Counted from the first letter of the stretch, positions 14,015-25,300 are shown. The stretch: 64,000 bases of DNA from Saccostrea echinata (GCF_033153115.1 NW_026889779.1:8804001-8868000); one strand, 5' to 3'. Notes: generated by a model from the sequence alone, not told the origin. Numbers and translations: made by a program.

Positions 14015-14497
14015 AATTTTACAAAAATAACAAAAATTGGCGGATTCAGGAATTTTTGAACGGTGTAAACAGGAATAAATAGGAGAAAGGATTATTTCTT
14101 CTTAAATGCGAATCTCACATTTCCCTGCAGGCAAATAATTCAATAGCTTTTTTTGACGGGGGAGAGATTATATAACGTCAGAAAAAGGGGGGCTTTAAGT
14201 AGGATCCTGAGTAACATATTATTATATTATAATTTTCAGTAATATTTCTAGTATAAAAACATATATCAACAAATGTTACCTCCAAATTATTATTAAGACC
14301 CTACTAAAGGTTTGATCTTTTGTCGTATGTGACAACCCCCCCCCCCACCCCCTTCAAAACAGCCGTTGAATTATTTGCCAGCAAGGAAATGTGGGAATTA
14401 AACATTTTATTTTTAAGAAGAAATACTCATTCTTTCGATTTACTCCTCCCTTCCCGTCAAAGTTCCTAAATCAGCATTTTTTTCAATATTGTAAGAA
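14015..14497. mobile_element. degenerate MITE/foldback with ~150 bp inverted arms
   Basis: CACATTTCCCTGCAGGCAAATAATTCAA (~14116) vs TTGAATTATTTGCCAGCAAGGAAATGTG (~14366); flanks also pair. Confidence 0.65.
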
Positions 14498-14682
14498 CTA
14501 TACACTCACTAACACTAATTTCCGTTTACATATTACATTCATTTGATTCAATATTAATGGGAATTTGGCTATTAGAACTTGTTTGAATGCTAAGTTCATT
14601 AATTATGGATTAATAATTTTAAAACCAGTGTCAAAAAGTTAATTTCTCTTATTTACAACTACTTTCATACGAAAGCTTATTA

Positions 14683-14874
14683 GGATCAATCAATGGAGAA
14701 AAAAGATTTAAAAGGCGTTATTACCTTTGCAAAAGGCGTTATTGTGCCTTTTCAAAAGGCGTTGGAAAGCGTAATAACGCCTTTTTCGCGTTTTTACACC
14801 CTTTTTCGCGTTATTACGCCCTCTTGAAAGGCGGTATAACGCCTTTTCAAATTTTTTTCTCCATAGATTGATCC
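14683..14874. mobile_element. short MITE, ~40 bp TIRs, TA-flanked
   Basis: TA|GGATCAATCAATGGAGAAAAAA...TTTTTTCTCCATAGATTGATCC|TA with internal AAAGGCGTTAT repeats. Confidence 0.85.
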
Positions 14875-15751
14875 TAACAGGCTTTTGTACTTTCATAAGG
14901 GGGGGGGGGGGGTAGAAAATTTTGTCAATTGAAATCAGGCTTCAAAGCATCATCAGGACATCTATTAACAAAAAATCGTAAGTTTACGACTACGGCCTCA
15001 ACTTACAATAATCTTAGGATTTCAGTTACGAGCTATTCATGAAAGTGGTCGTAAGATCGACACATTGTCGTAAGTGAAAAACGATCGTAAGATTTTCTCT
15101 TCCCTAGTTACCGACAACTGCTCATGCGCAGATGAAGCAATTAATGCGGGAAACCCGAATAATCAAAACAAACTGAAACATATATAGCTGTAACCGACAT
15201 TGACTACTAATTGACAGACTGACTTTCTTTTTTAATAATTAAAAGTGCGTTGATCTGGACGTAAAAACAGGTAATTTCATGAAAGTACATTTTCAGTATT
15301 TCTGTGCTGGTAAATCTTTATCAGACCTAGAGTCTCTTGCTCGGCCAATCATATTCAAGTCAATGTAATGTCTGATATTTAATAAAAAAGACTCTTCATA
15401 AAACACAGTGTCAGCCTATTGCTCTGCCAATCATATCTAAGTAATGGGATTTTTGATAGGTTAAATAAACTATCATACTTTTTATGAAACCTAGTGTTTC
15501 TTTTAGCAAGTTAATAGGTCTTTTACATGTATCAGTTGTTATGTAAGCACTTGTATATTAAAAAGTTTCAGAAGAATTGTGAACTTTCATATTTTAACAT
15601 AAGGTCACCAGACGTTATTATTGAAAGGGCACAAACACAAAGAAGCTTTGTTTTCTATAGTGTACTATCTATTGGAAAATTATTGGAAACAACCCTCTCC
15701 CCACCCCAACCCCCACCCCAACCCCCTCCCCCCGGTTCCTCGGCCATGATA

Positions 15752-17063
15752 TGAAAAGGTGGCATATGAAGATAACGAACAATATTCAATCTCTAAAGTC
15801 CAATGAAACGATACCAGTTTGGAGCAGAGCAAACACGGACCTCAAAAGGTGGGATCAGGTGCCATGGAGGAGTGAGCATACCCTGCCGACCGGTCACACC
15901 CGCCGTGTGCTCCTTGTCATCATCCAAAAAAAACCGAAAAAATCCGTAGACAATTCAGTGTATAAATAATAGCCTAACAATTAGTATGAAAAACATCAGT
16001 CAGCATTTGACTCAACGATAGGTTGTATGTGCTGACAAGGTCGTTGTATCGACCGTAAAACTTGCAAAATGATGACTTCAAACGAGACTGTTGATATACT
16101 TGTTTCATCAACTTGTTTAACATTAACTTGCCTCGTTTTAGAAATTGTTCATACGTAGAGCAAACTCTTGCGTATCGAATCAACTGAGAGACATAAACCC
16201 CATGTGCAGGTAATAAGGGTATATTGCTACGTAAGTAAGGGAAGTTGACGATTGAAAAGTTGAAGTCATCACGTTTATCATAAAGCTTTCTTGTTAGGTT
16301 ACCATTAACGTCTTTTTCTAGTAAAATATCTAAATATGAAACAGATGTGTTAGAATCTGTTGTGTTTTTTTTTTTTCAAGCTCACCGGGATATATCGAGT
16401 CGACATATGAATGAAAGTAACTATTGTTAATTAATAATACGTCGTCGATACATCGAAATGTCGAGTTGAAGGCCACAGCAAATGTTTTCTTTTTCATGTA
16501 GAAGTTTTTGAATAAATTCTTCTTCATATGAATACAGAAATAGGTCTGCTTATAAGGGGGCGCAATTGGTACCCATGGGAATTCCAACAGATTGTTGGAA
16601 GACCTGATCTCCAAAAACTACATAGATATTGTCAATCAGAAACTCATGCATCTTTTTAATATCAACTTCAGAGTACTTGTGTGTACTATCAGAATGCTTT
16701 TTAACAAAATAATTTTGCAAATGACCAATGACAAGGTAAGTATATTTACGAGTTCCATTTTTATTTTAAAAAAAGCAGCTGTTTATGATGTCAAAAAGCT
16801 GGTGACTTCAATTTATTGGGAATGGTTGTATAAAGTGTTGAAAAGTCGTAAGTTTTGATGTTATTGATTTTAGTAAGATTTTGTGATTTCAAATTTTCTA
16901 AAAGTTCTTTGGAGTTTTTAAGTATCCACATCTGATTTACACCACTTCTCAAATATACTGTTGTACAGTAATCCTGAAGCTTCTTCTTCATTACAGTAAA
17001 TAATTTAGTGAGGAGTAAAAAAGAGGCTTGGTGGAACATTTACTAGAACCTGCTATGTATCTA
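15752..17063 (-). mobile_element. decayed Penelope-like retroelement (RT C-terminal part + 3' region), 5'-truncated
   Basis: frameshifted pieces: RYIAGSSKCSTKP, NQMWILKNSKELL, KTYDFSTLYTTIP, GIPMGTNCAP, FRCIDDVL, SQLIRYARVCS, FYGRYNDLV; ORFs 16791..17039, 16330..16614, 15974..16183. Confidence 0.85.
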
Positions 17064-17744
17064 AGGTCTAAGGCACATAAAGTATTGACAAAATATTCCG
17101 ATATTCAGGCTAAGCGATGCTACAGTCTCTACCTAAATATTTTTTAAAGTAACTCCTTGAAGCATATTTTGTAATTGAATAGTCCTGCTAAAACAAAATT
17201 ACACGGCATTATCTATTTCAAATTTATTGAAATTGTGAGATTATGAGAGCCAACAGGTTAAAAAAAAATGAATGTTAATATTTTTTTTTCAAAATTAAAC
17301 TTGATCAAGAATTATTCCAGAAATATAAATAAAATAGTCTACATTAGAAAAAATAGGGAAGTCGAATTGAGTACTGTGATTTTCTGTAGCAAAATGTCCA
17401 ATTGAAATACTTATATTCTGAACAAAATCCAGATAATTTAGGACCGCTTAAGAATAAGAATAAGGGACATATTTGTAATATTAATTTCTAATGTTCATTA
17501 AGTTGCTGAGAAAAACCATAGTATAAGCTTAAATACAACAGCTTGTATGAAACAAAAATGGTGATTAGAATATGTACGTTTATATTTCATATCAGCCATT
17601 ACATGTATATTGTTCAAACGTATGTAAACCTGAAGAAGGGTGTATGCAAATCCAGAACAAGCTAGAATTGAAATTTGGAAAATGCGTATTTTCTTTTTCT
17701 TTTGCAATTATTTATACTGTGTGACATCAATCTGTGACTACCTT

Positions 17745-17748
<4 letters not shown>

Positions 17749-17821
<73 letters not shown>
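17749..17821. repeat. (TA)n microsatellite
   Basis: about 36 perfect units. Confidence 0.97.
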
Positions 17822-17824
<3 letters not shown>

Positions 17825-17837
17825 AGCACAAAGAAAT

Positions 17838-17915
17838 TCACCCCAGCCCGGGGTTGAACTCTCGACCTACGGAATCTGTCTCCTAGCAGTACAGGAACCG
17901 CTCGGCTATCTAGGC
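17838..17915 (-). other. tRNA-like sequence (Pol III A/B boxes) next to (TA)n; probably part of a repeat element
   Basis: minus strand GCCTAGATAGCCGAGCGGTT...GGTCGAGAGTTCAACCCCGGGCTGGGGTG; no clean cloverleaf. Confidence 0.5.
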
Positions 17916-18084
17916 AAGTCGAAAAAACTTGCTTTCGATGCTGATGGAATTCTCGCGGCGCTGCTCTACACTACACGGTCATTGAGAATGGAAGTGAGAT
18001 ACAGTTATTTGGACATTAGTTTTATTAGAGGATCGTTACCAATACACGTTGCAATGATATTAATTTTTATTTTTAAAGCACATT

Positions 18085-18229
18085 NNNNNNNNNNNNNNNN
18101 NNNNNNNNNNNNNNNNNNNNNNNNNNNNNNNNNNNNNNNNNNNNNNNNNNNNNNNNNNNNNNNNNNNNNNNNNNNNNNNNNNNNNNNNNNNNNNNNNNNN
18201 NNNNNNNNNNNNNNNNNNNNNNNNNNNNN
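18085..18229. other. assembly gap (145 N)
   Basis: run of N. Confidence 1.
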
Positions 18230-18450
18230 GTCTTGTTTCTATCAAAATTGGACTCTTTGTTGTTTAACGCACCTTTCAGTCAGTCCAAATGTGATATAAC
18301 CCTTCAAGGAGACAATTCTGGAGATTTTCTAGCCTATAGTTCTTGTTAACGCCGTCACTTCTGTCTTCTGTGATTACATGTACAGCTGGTGAAAGCATGT
18401 TCTCACAACCTGACAGAACTTCAGACTTCGGTATTATATCTGAATTGCAC

Positions 18451-18836
18451 TGCTACTTGAAGCATCAGCAAAGGCAGGTATCCCACTTCAGCCAAATGAT
18501 ATCGAAGTATCCCATCGAGTCGGTAACCCCAACAATAAGAACCGAAATGGTCCAAGGCAGATTATCGCCAAGATGAAAAACGTCGACCTAAAGTTCAGGC
18601 TAATCAAAAACTGGGAGAAATTCAAAAACCATCCCGATACCAAAAATATTTCGATAAACGAGGACCTCACCAAATACCGAGATAGACTCATGTTTATTGC
18701 GAGGCAGCTCAGCCGTAAACACCATATCAAACAAGTCTGGTCCTCAAACGGGAAGATTCGTATCCGTGACTTAAATGACAAAGTGTTCATAATCCAACAA
18801 GAGTCGGATCTCACTCCATTTGGTCATACCATGTAA
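18451..18836 (+). CDS. LINE ORF1 C-terminal fragment
   Basis: frame of ORF 18573..18836 extends upstream: NDIEVSHRVG..GPRQIIAK..INEDLT..AR..VWSSNGKI..DL, typical ORF1 motifs; no start (truncated). Confidence 0.8.
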
Positions 18837-19201
18837 ATCCTGAACTCTGATCTGTGACATTTTTGTTCCATTAGAACACTCCCTTGTATGTAATATAAAC
18901 AAAATATTTAAGGTACATATCTTTCTAATCAATTCACGCTAGTTTCCCATGCACCTCAACCATTTGCACTACTCCCATCATGCTTGTTCTTATGATCCCC
19001 TGTATATACATGTATACTCTTTGTTTTTCTGTTTGGTTTATCTCAGACTTTGTTTTTTACAACCCATTTATAAGATGCCTACAAATCGCTTGCTATTTAG
19101 CTGATTCCACATACCCATGTTTTTGGTTATATTCTTGCTCATGTAGTGTTTACCCTGGCTCTCTCATTTTTTTTGTTTTTTGTCGAGGTGTGACTTAAGA
19201 T

Positions 19202-22200
19202 ATGGGTATTGAAATAGCACAATATCGAGCCAGGGTGGGAAATTACTATTCAAAAGCTGCACGTTCTATTTTGCATTTAAGTGTGTTTGAAATTATTTGT
19301 ATCAACTTGATATTAAGCTTTAAAGGTAATGGAGTTCCAATTATCATGTTGATCATCTTACTTTCCGATCTTAACGAGTATTGTAAAGTTGTACAAAAAA
19401 ATCGTACTCATAAGTACTTTGCGCCATTCTCTATGCCTTCATATGCCTATATCTCTAAAAATATTAACTTGCTTACCAACTTGTCAGCACTAACTCTAAA
19501 ATTGTCAGGAGATATTGAATCAAATCCTGGTCCTTCAACAAACACAACTGAAGGCTCTTTTTCTTCATCTTACTCATATTCGTCAATTTTTGACGGTACA
19601 ACCGGGATATCATTTGTACATTTAAATGTTCAAAGCTTAAAACCCAAGCTAGACATTTTAGAAAGCGAACTGCATAACCATAGTATACTGTCATTTACTG
19701 AAACATGGTTAAACAACGATGAATCGTTTTCGGACATTTCATTAAAAAATTTCCAAATACCATTTTGTTACTGTAGGAAAAACAAAACAGGCGGGGGCGT
19801 AGCCGTGTATGTCAAAGATCACATACTTGCAAAACGTCGATCGGATTTAGAACCTGTCACGGTTGAATGCGTCTGGCTTGAAATAGTTATTCGTGGACAA
19901 ATCTATTTATACGGTACATTTTATCGTCCCCCAAGTTCACCTATAAGTATATGGGATGACATTGAATTCTCAATAGATCAAGCTTACAATACTAATATAA
20001 GAAAAATAATCATCGTTGGGGATTTTAATGCCAATCTACTTTCACCAAACACACAAGCCGATCGTTTATTAAACATTATACAGACTTATAACATGTTTCA
20101 AATTATTGAAGAACCTACATACTTCACTGAGCATTCGTCGTCACTTCTTGATATTATACTTGTAAGTAACACCTCACTTGTGGTGAGGTCTTCGGTTGGT
20201 GATTGTTTCTTAGACCAGTATGTTCGATATCATTGTCCTACTTACGGGCTCCTCAGTCAACCCCCTCTAGAAGCTCACTGTTTCAAACGGAAAATATGGC
20301 TATTTGATAATGGTGACTACACTTCCTACAGACAAAATTTAGCAAACGTAAACTGGGATGATTTACTTATTGAATCAGACATAGACAACAGCGTTTCTAA
20401 TTTAAATAAAATTATAGTCGAATGCGCACAAATGTCAATTCCCAATAAAACAGTGATCATTCGGCAATCTGACCCACCATGGTTCAACAACACTTTAAGA
20501 AAACTCATTCGGAAAAGACGTCGTCTCCATAAAAAAGCTAAACGGACTAAGAGAGATAATGACTGGGAAAACTATAGAAGTACTCGTAATCAGTGTGTCG
20601 GTCTTGTCCGAAAACTCAGAGATGAGTACTACAGTAAGCTCTCATCTGAAATTAACGTGTGCAATGATTCAAAAAAATGGTGGAAAATTGTAAACAAGTT
20701 AATAAATTCAAATTCTAAACAACCCTTTACAAATACTCCTCTTACTTTCGAAGGTAAAACATATGAAGATGACAATGAAAAAGCCGAATTACTAAATACC
20801 TTTTTCCTAAAACAGTCATCAATTGATGATCATTCAAACAGATTACCTAATACACATTCCTCTAGTAATTACGAAACACTATTTGACTTAACTCTTGATG
20901 CAACCGAAATCGAAACAGTTCTTCTATCATTAGATACTTCCAAAGCTACAGGCCCAGATCTTATTAATCCCCGTCTTCTTAAAGAGGCAGCTTCTATATT
21001 AAAATTACCATTATGTAAACTTTTCAATATGTCTCTTAAAAAAGCAGTATTTCCGATGGAATGGAAAAGAGCAAACGTTACCCCAATATATAAGAAAGGT
21101 GACAGGAATAATGTTTCTAATTATAGACCTATATCACTTATCTCCATAACCGGAAAGGTAATGGAAAGATGTATCTACAATCGTGTATATCTATACTTAT
21201 CCAACAATAATTTCTTTTGTTCAAACCAGTCAGGTTTTATTCCAGGTGACTCTACAATAAATCAATTACTTGATATATCTAATGACATAGGCAAAGCACT
21301 AGATTCCGGAAAAGAAGTAAGAGCTGTTTTTTGTGATATAAGTAAAGCCTTTGATAGAGTATGGCATGAGGGTCTCCTGTTCAAACTAAGAACTGCAGGG
21401 ATAAATGGGAATTTGCTTAAATGGTTTAAAAGTTATCTTACAAATAGGGAGCAAAGAGTAATACTCAACTCCACCTCATCAGCCTGGGGTAGCATCAAAG
21501 CTGGTGTACCCCAGGGATCTATTCTTGGTCCTCTGTTATTTCTTATTTACATAAATGATATTGTATGTGGAATTAATTGTGTAATTAAATTGTTTGCAGA
21601 CGACACAACCCTGTATATAGTAGTTGATAATGCTTGCACAGCCAGTCAGATATTAAACAATGACCTTGATAAGATAAGTGCGTGGGCTAAGCAGTGGTTG
21701 GTCGATTTCAACCCCTCAAAAACCGAATGTTTATTATTTAGCAATAAACGCATTCCAATCACACATCCCCCGCTTTATCTGAATAGCCAATTAATCGAAA
21801 ATGTGGAAAGTCACAAACACCTTGGAATACATTTTTCAAAAAATGGCCATTGGGATTTGCACATACAATCAACCCTTCTGAAAGCATCTCAACGTCTTCA
21901 TCTACTAAGAAAACTTAAATTTCTTATTGATAGAAAATCGCTTGAAAAATTGTATTTTTGTTACGTTAGACCGCTACTCGAATATGGTGACGTTATATGG
22001 GATAATATGTCCAGTGATCTTGTCAATAAAATCGAACATATCAATATTGAGGCCGCTCGCATAGTAACCGGTTCTACGAAACTTGCAAGTCTTCATAGTC
22101 TTTATCAGGAGACCGGTTGGGAATCTTTAAAAGATAGGAGATATAAACATAAAATTATACAGTTCCACAAAATGTTCTACAACCAAACTCCTCAATACCT

Positions 22201-22747
22201 TTCGGATCTAGTCCCACCACAAAATCAAGATATACACAATCATTCCACTAGACAAAAGTGTAACATCAAGCAAGTCAAATGTAGAACTGACCACTATAGT
22301 AACTCCTTCATCCCATCAACTATCAAGCTCTGGAACGAATTGCCCGATTCTATCAAACAAAACCCTTCGTTGTCAAATTTAAAACGTTATTTAAATGCCA
22401 ACAATGCAAATCATAAACCCCCTCAATATTATTATACTGGTAAACGCAAGGAACAGATATTACACACAAGACTACGACTTGATTGTAGCTCACTAAAAAG
22501 TCATTTATTTTCTCGAAATATTGTCAGCAGCCCAAACTGTAATTGTGGCGAGATTGAAACTTCTGAACATTTCCTCCTACATTGTCCTTATTTTGAAAAT
22601 CTCAGAGATAGATTTATAAACACACTTCCACATTATATCAACACCAATATATTATTATTTGGTGACCAAAATCTACCACTGGCAGAAAATGTTGCAATCT
22701 TTAAATCTGTCCAAAAATATATTGTAGCAACCAAGAGATTTATTTAA
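19202..22747 (+). CDS. LINE ORF2: N-terminal leader + 2A-like peptide, AP endonuclease, reverse transcriptase, C-terminal CCHC
   Basis: 1181 aa uninterrupted; HLNVQSL, FTETWL, GGGVAVYV, YRPP, VGDFNA (APE); NYRPISL, DISKAFDRV, GVPQGSILGPLLF, FADD (RT); CNC..HFLLHC. Confidence 0.96.
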   Translation: MGIEIAQYRARVGNYYSKAARSILHLSVFEIICINLILSFKGNGVPIIMLIILLSDLNEYCKVVQKNRTHKYFAPFSMPSYAYISKNINLLTNLSALTLKLSGDIESNPGPSTNTTEGSFSSSYSYSSIFDGTTGISFVHLNVQSLKPKLDILESELHNHSILSFTETWLNNDESFSDISLKNFQIPFCYCRKNKTGGGVAVYVKDHILAKRRSDLEPVTVECVWLEIVIRGQIYLYGTFYRPPSSPISIWDDIEFSIDQAYNTNIRKIIIVGDFNANLLSPNTQADRLLNIIQTYNMFQIIEEPTYFTEHSSSLLDIILVSNTSLVVRSSVGDCFLDQYVRYHCPTYGLLSQPPLEAHCFKRKIWLFDNGDYTSYRQNLANVNWDDLLIESDIDNSVSNLNKIIVECAQMSIPNKTVIIRQSDPPWFNNTLRKLIRKRRRLHKKAKRTKRDNDWENYRSTRNQCVGLVRKLRDEYYSKLSSEINVCNDSKKWWKIVNKLINSNSKQPFTNTPLTFEGKTYEDDNEKAELLNTFFLKQSSIDDHSNRLPNTHSSSNYETLFDLTLDATEIETVLLSLDTSKATGPDLINPRLLKEAASILKLPLCKLFNMSLKKAVFPMEWKRANVTPIYKKGDRNNVSNYRPISLISITGKVMERCIYNRVYLYLSNNNFFCSNQSGFIPGDSTINQLLDISNDIGKALDSGKEVRAVFCDISKAFDRVWHEGLLFKLRTAGINGNLLKWFKSYLTNREQRVILNSTSSAWGSIKAGVPQGSILGPLLFLIYINDIVCGINCVIKLFADDTTLYIVVDNACTASQILNNDLDKISAWAKQWLVDFNPSKTECLLFSNKRIPITHPPLYLNSQLIENVESHKHLGIHFSKNGHWDLHIQSTLLKASQRLHLLRKLKFLIDRKSLEKLYFCYVRPLLEYGDVIWDNMSSDLVNKIEHINIEAARIVTGSTKLASLHSLYQETGWESLKDRRYKHKIIQFHKMFYNQTPQYLSDLVPPQNQDIHNHSTRQKCNIKQVKCRTDHYSNSFIPSTIKLWNELPDSIKQNPSLSNLKRYLNANNANHKPPQYYYTGKRKEQILHTRLRLDCSSLKSHLFSRNIVSSPNCNCGEIETSEHFLLHCPYFENLRDRFINTLPHYINTNILLFGDQNLPLAENVAIFKSVQKYIVATKRFI

Positions 22748-24599
22748 TCAGTTTTTCCTTAGTATCTATTCACTACTCCTCCTCCCGTGGGTATGTTCTT
22801 GTGTATATTCTCTTAAGTGTGTGTAGCAAGCGTCATTTTTATTTATTTTTTCTCATTGTTATTTTTCTTCTCAATTCTGAATTAATATCTGTTACTGCTG
22901 TAAATCTCCTGTATTTGTTCTTTATTATTTTTCCTATAAATTCAACCATATTCTGTCGCTTTTTTCTCTCTCATACATACATATTGTACAAATCCATTAG
23001 ACTTCTTCTGTATAATTAGAAAGTCATTCATTTGTGTGAATCGATATGATTTCTAACGTAACATGTATGTCATTTTCAAATATTAGTTTTTAAGCAGCTT
23101 CAAACCGTGTTATGTAACTATCTAATAAGGGTCTGTCATCTTAATCATAATAATAAGGAAACGGATTAGTATAAGTTTTCAAACTTGTTTCCGAATCCTT
23201 TTTGATTTTTTTTTCTGTACTACTTATCTGTATCTGTATTTTCTGCTTGTATTTTTCAAATAAAATATGGTTTAAACTAATTGCACCTATCAGGATGGAT
23301 CAAGGTACAAATTTGAAAATTATATCAATTAAGATTATATCTGCCTCCCTCCGTATATTTATTTATTTTGCTTCGATTTCACTTTATTATTTTTGGTAAA
23401 TTTTCAATATGCAGTAAATATGCCCCCATCTCTCTCTCTCTCTGAGATGAACCTTTAACATTCAAGAACAATTCTATATTTCTTTGTGAAATGTTTTTGA
23501 TATAGATACCTTCAATCTTTTTAATGTACGAAATATTGAAATTCCTATTTAATATGAATTATGTTAAAAGATATTACAAAGCAACAAGCGTAATCACTTT
23601 GGGAGTAATTAAGATCAGTATCAAAAATCAAACAAAGCCATTCTTCATATGTAGAGCTAAACGAAGCAGTGAAAAACACTTCGGTATAATGAACACGCTT
23701 GTACTTTCAGTTCAGATTACTTATTGAACTTTTCATTCAAACATAATTGCATATCCTTGTTTGGTTTGGAAAATGGCATTTATAAGAGACAAAATAGCTT
23801 GGGTAGCTTTATGTTTGTTTTGTGCTGAGTAATTGTATTCTTGCATAAAAGAAACATTTGACTTTCACAGAGAATAAAAACTTAAGTAGATGTTGAAGAG
23901 TTAAAGATCTTAAGGAGATAATATTTGGTTTAAAACGTGCAGTTTTTTGGGTCATGTTTGCTGTGTTTTGTTTCATATGTGCAAATTAATCCCGACTGAG
24001 GCTATAGCATGTGGATTGAATTTAAGCATACATTTCTTTTTTCTTTAAAAAAAAACTAGCGTTGGAAAATATTTACTCAAACTTCAAATTCCACTTGAAC
24101 TTTACAGAAACATAATTTGAATTTTGAAAACCAATAAGATTCCAATAAGACACCAGAACCATTTGTAACAATCCCATTTCGTCAGATCATGATTTTTATG
24201 TACTCAGTATATGCATTGACAATCACGTTTTTGTGGCTTTTACCTCATTTCCCATAGCGTACGTAATTAAAATCTAGTTCATAAAGATTTAAAGGTTGCA
24301 AACTGGAGCACGGAAGAGGACTTAAATAAAGATGCCATTTTTTTGTGAGCATGTTTGAAACCTCAAAACCACATATCAAATTCTATTTGCTATCATAATT
24401 AATTCTGTTGTTGTTTAATTACTTGAATCATGTATCAACATTTGACATAAATGGCTTTGACAATGCAAATATTCTAAAAATTAAAAAAAAAAAAAACTCT
24501 TGCAAGCAAATTTTAGCATTACACTTTAAACACATACAAAAATGTGTTTCTATTTACAGATATTACGAAAATACGCTCTTTACAAGAAGACTTATTAAT

Positions 24600-25300
24600 A
24601 ACTTTTCCCAGTAAAAAAAATCGGTTTCCTATTGTGGCCCCATCCTACTCCCAGGGACCATGAATTGAACAAACTTGAATATTCACTCCATAAAGATGAT
24701 TGCATATTATTGTGACTTATCATGACCCTGCTATTTTAAACAAGAAAACTTCAACGATTTACCATTTTTAAAACATATATTAATACTTAAAATTTGATTT
24801 CTTATTGTGGCCCCACCCTACCCATGGGGCCAAGATTTAATCTACACTACTTTAGGGTCTTTGCATATTGAGATTGCTCATGACCTTACTGTTCTTACAA
24901 AGAAAATCTTAAAAGTTTTTTCCCCAATATATTTCTGTATAAAAGTTTGATCCTCTACTGTGGCTCTACCCTACCCCCTGAGGTCACGATTTGTATAAAC
25001 TTGAATCTAAATTATGTCACAAAGCCGTCACATAAGTTTTATCTTTTCTGGTCACGTGGTCATGAAAATATTATTTAAGATACCCTCCTATTTTGCCATT
25101 TCTTGATCATCTCCCCGTTTAAGAAGACTTGGCCCTTCACTTGAATAAACTTAACTTCCCTTTGCCCAAGGGTGTTTTGTGCCAAGTTTGGTTGAAGTTG
25201 GCCCTGTGATTCTGGAAAATAAGTCGAAATGTTGAAAGTTTACAAACGCACGCTTGACTGCCGAAATGTGATCAGGAAAAATCACTTGAGCTTTTAAAAA
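24600..25300 (-). mobile_element. degenerate Helentron/HINE-like element with ~155-170 bp satellite-type units
   Basis: units TATTGTGGCCCC.CCTAC.CC...AAACTTGAAT at ~24629, 24801, 24955; end GCCAAGTTTGGTTGAA...CACTTGAGCTTT; resembles the oyster Cg170-type satellite (from memory). Confidence 0.65.

Larger units (their letters stand above)
18451..23278 (+). mobile_element. CR1/L2-group non-LTR retrotransposon, 5'-truncated within ORF1, ORF2 intact
   Basis: ORF1 C-terminus + APE/RT ORF2 + 3' UTR ending AATAAAATATGGTTTAAACT; flanked by 8-bp direct repeat AATTGCAC (18443-18450, 23279-23286). Confidence 0.92.

Noticed and set aside
17640-18299. ORFs running through (TA)n and the N gap
   Set aside because: Open only because of the microsatellite and unknown bases
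18343-18576. 77-aa ORF as part of LINE ORF1
   Set aside because: Wrong frame; it spans the TSD junction and ORF1 motifs lie in the 18573..18836 frame
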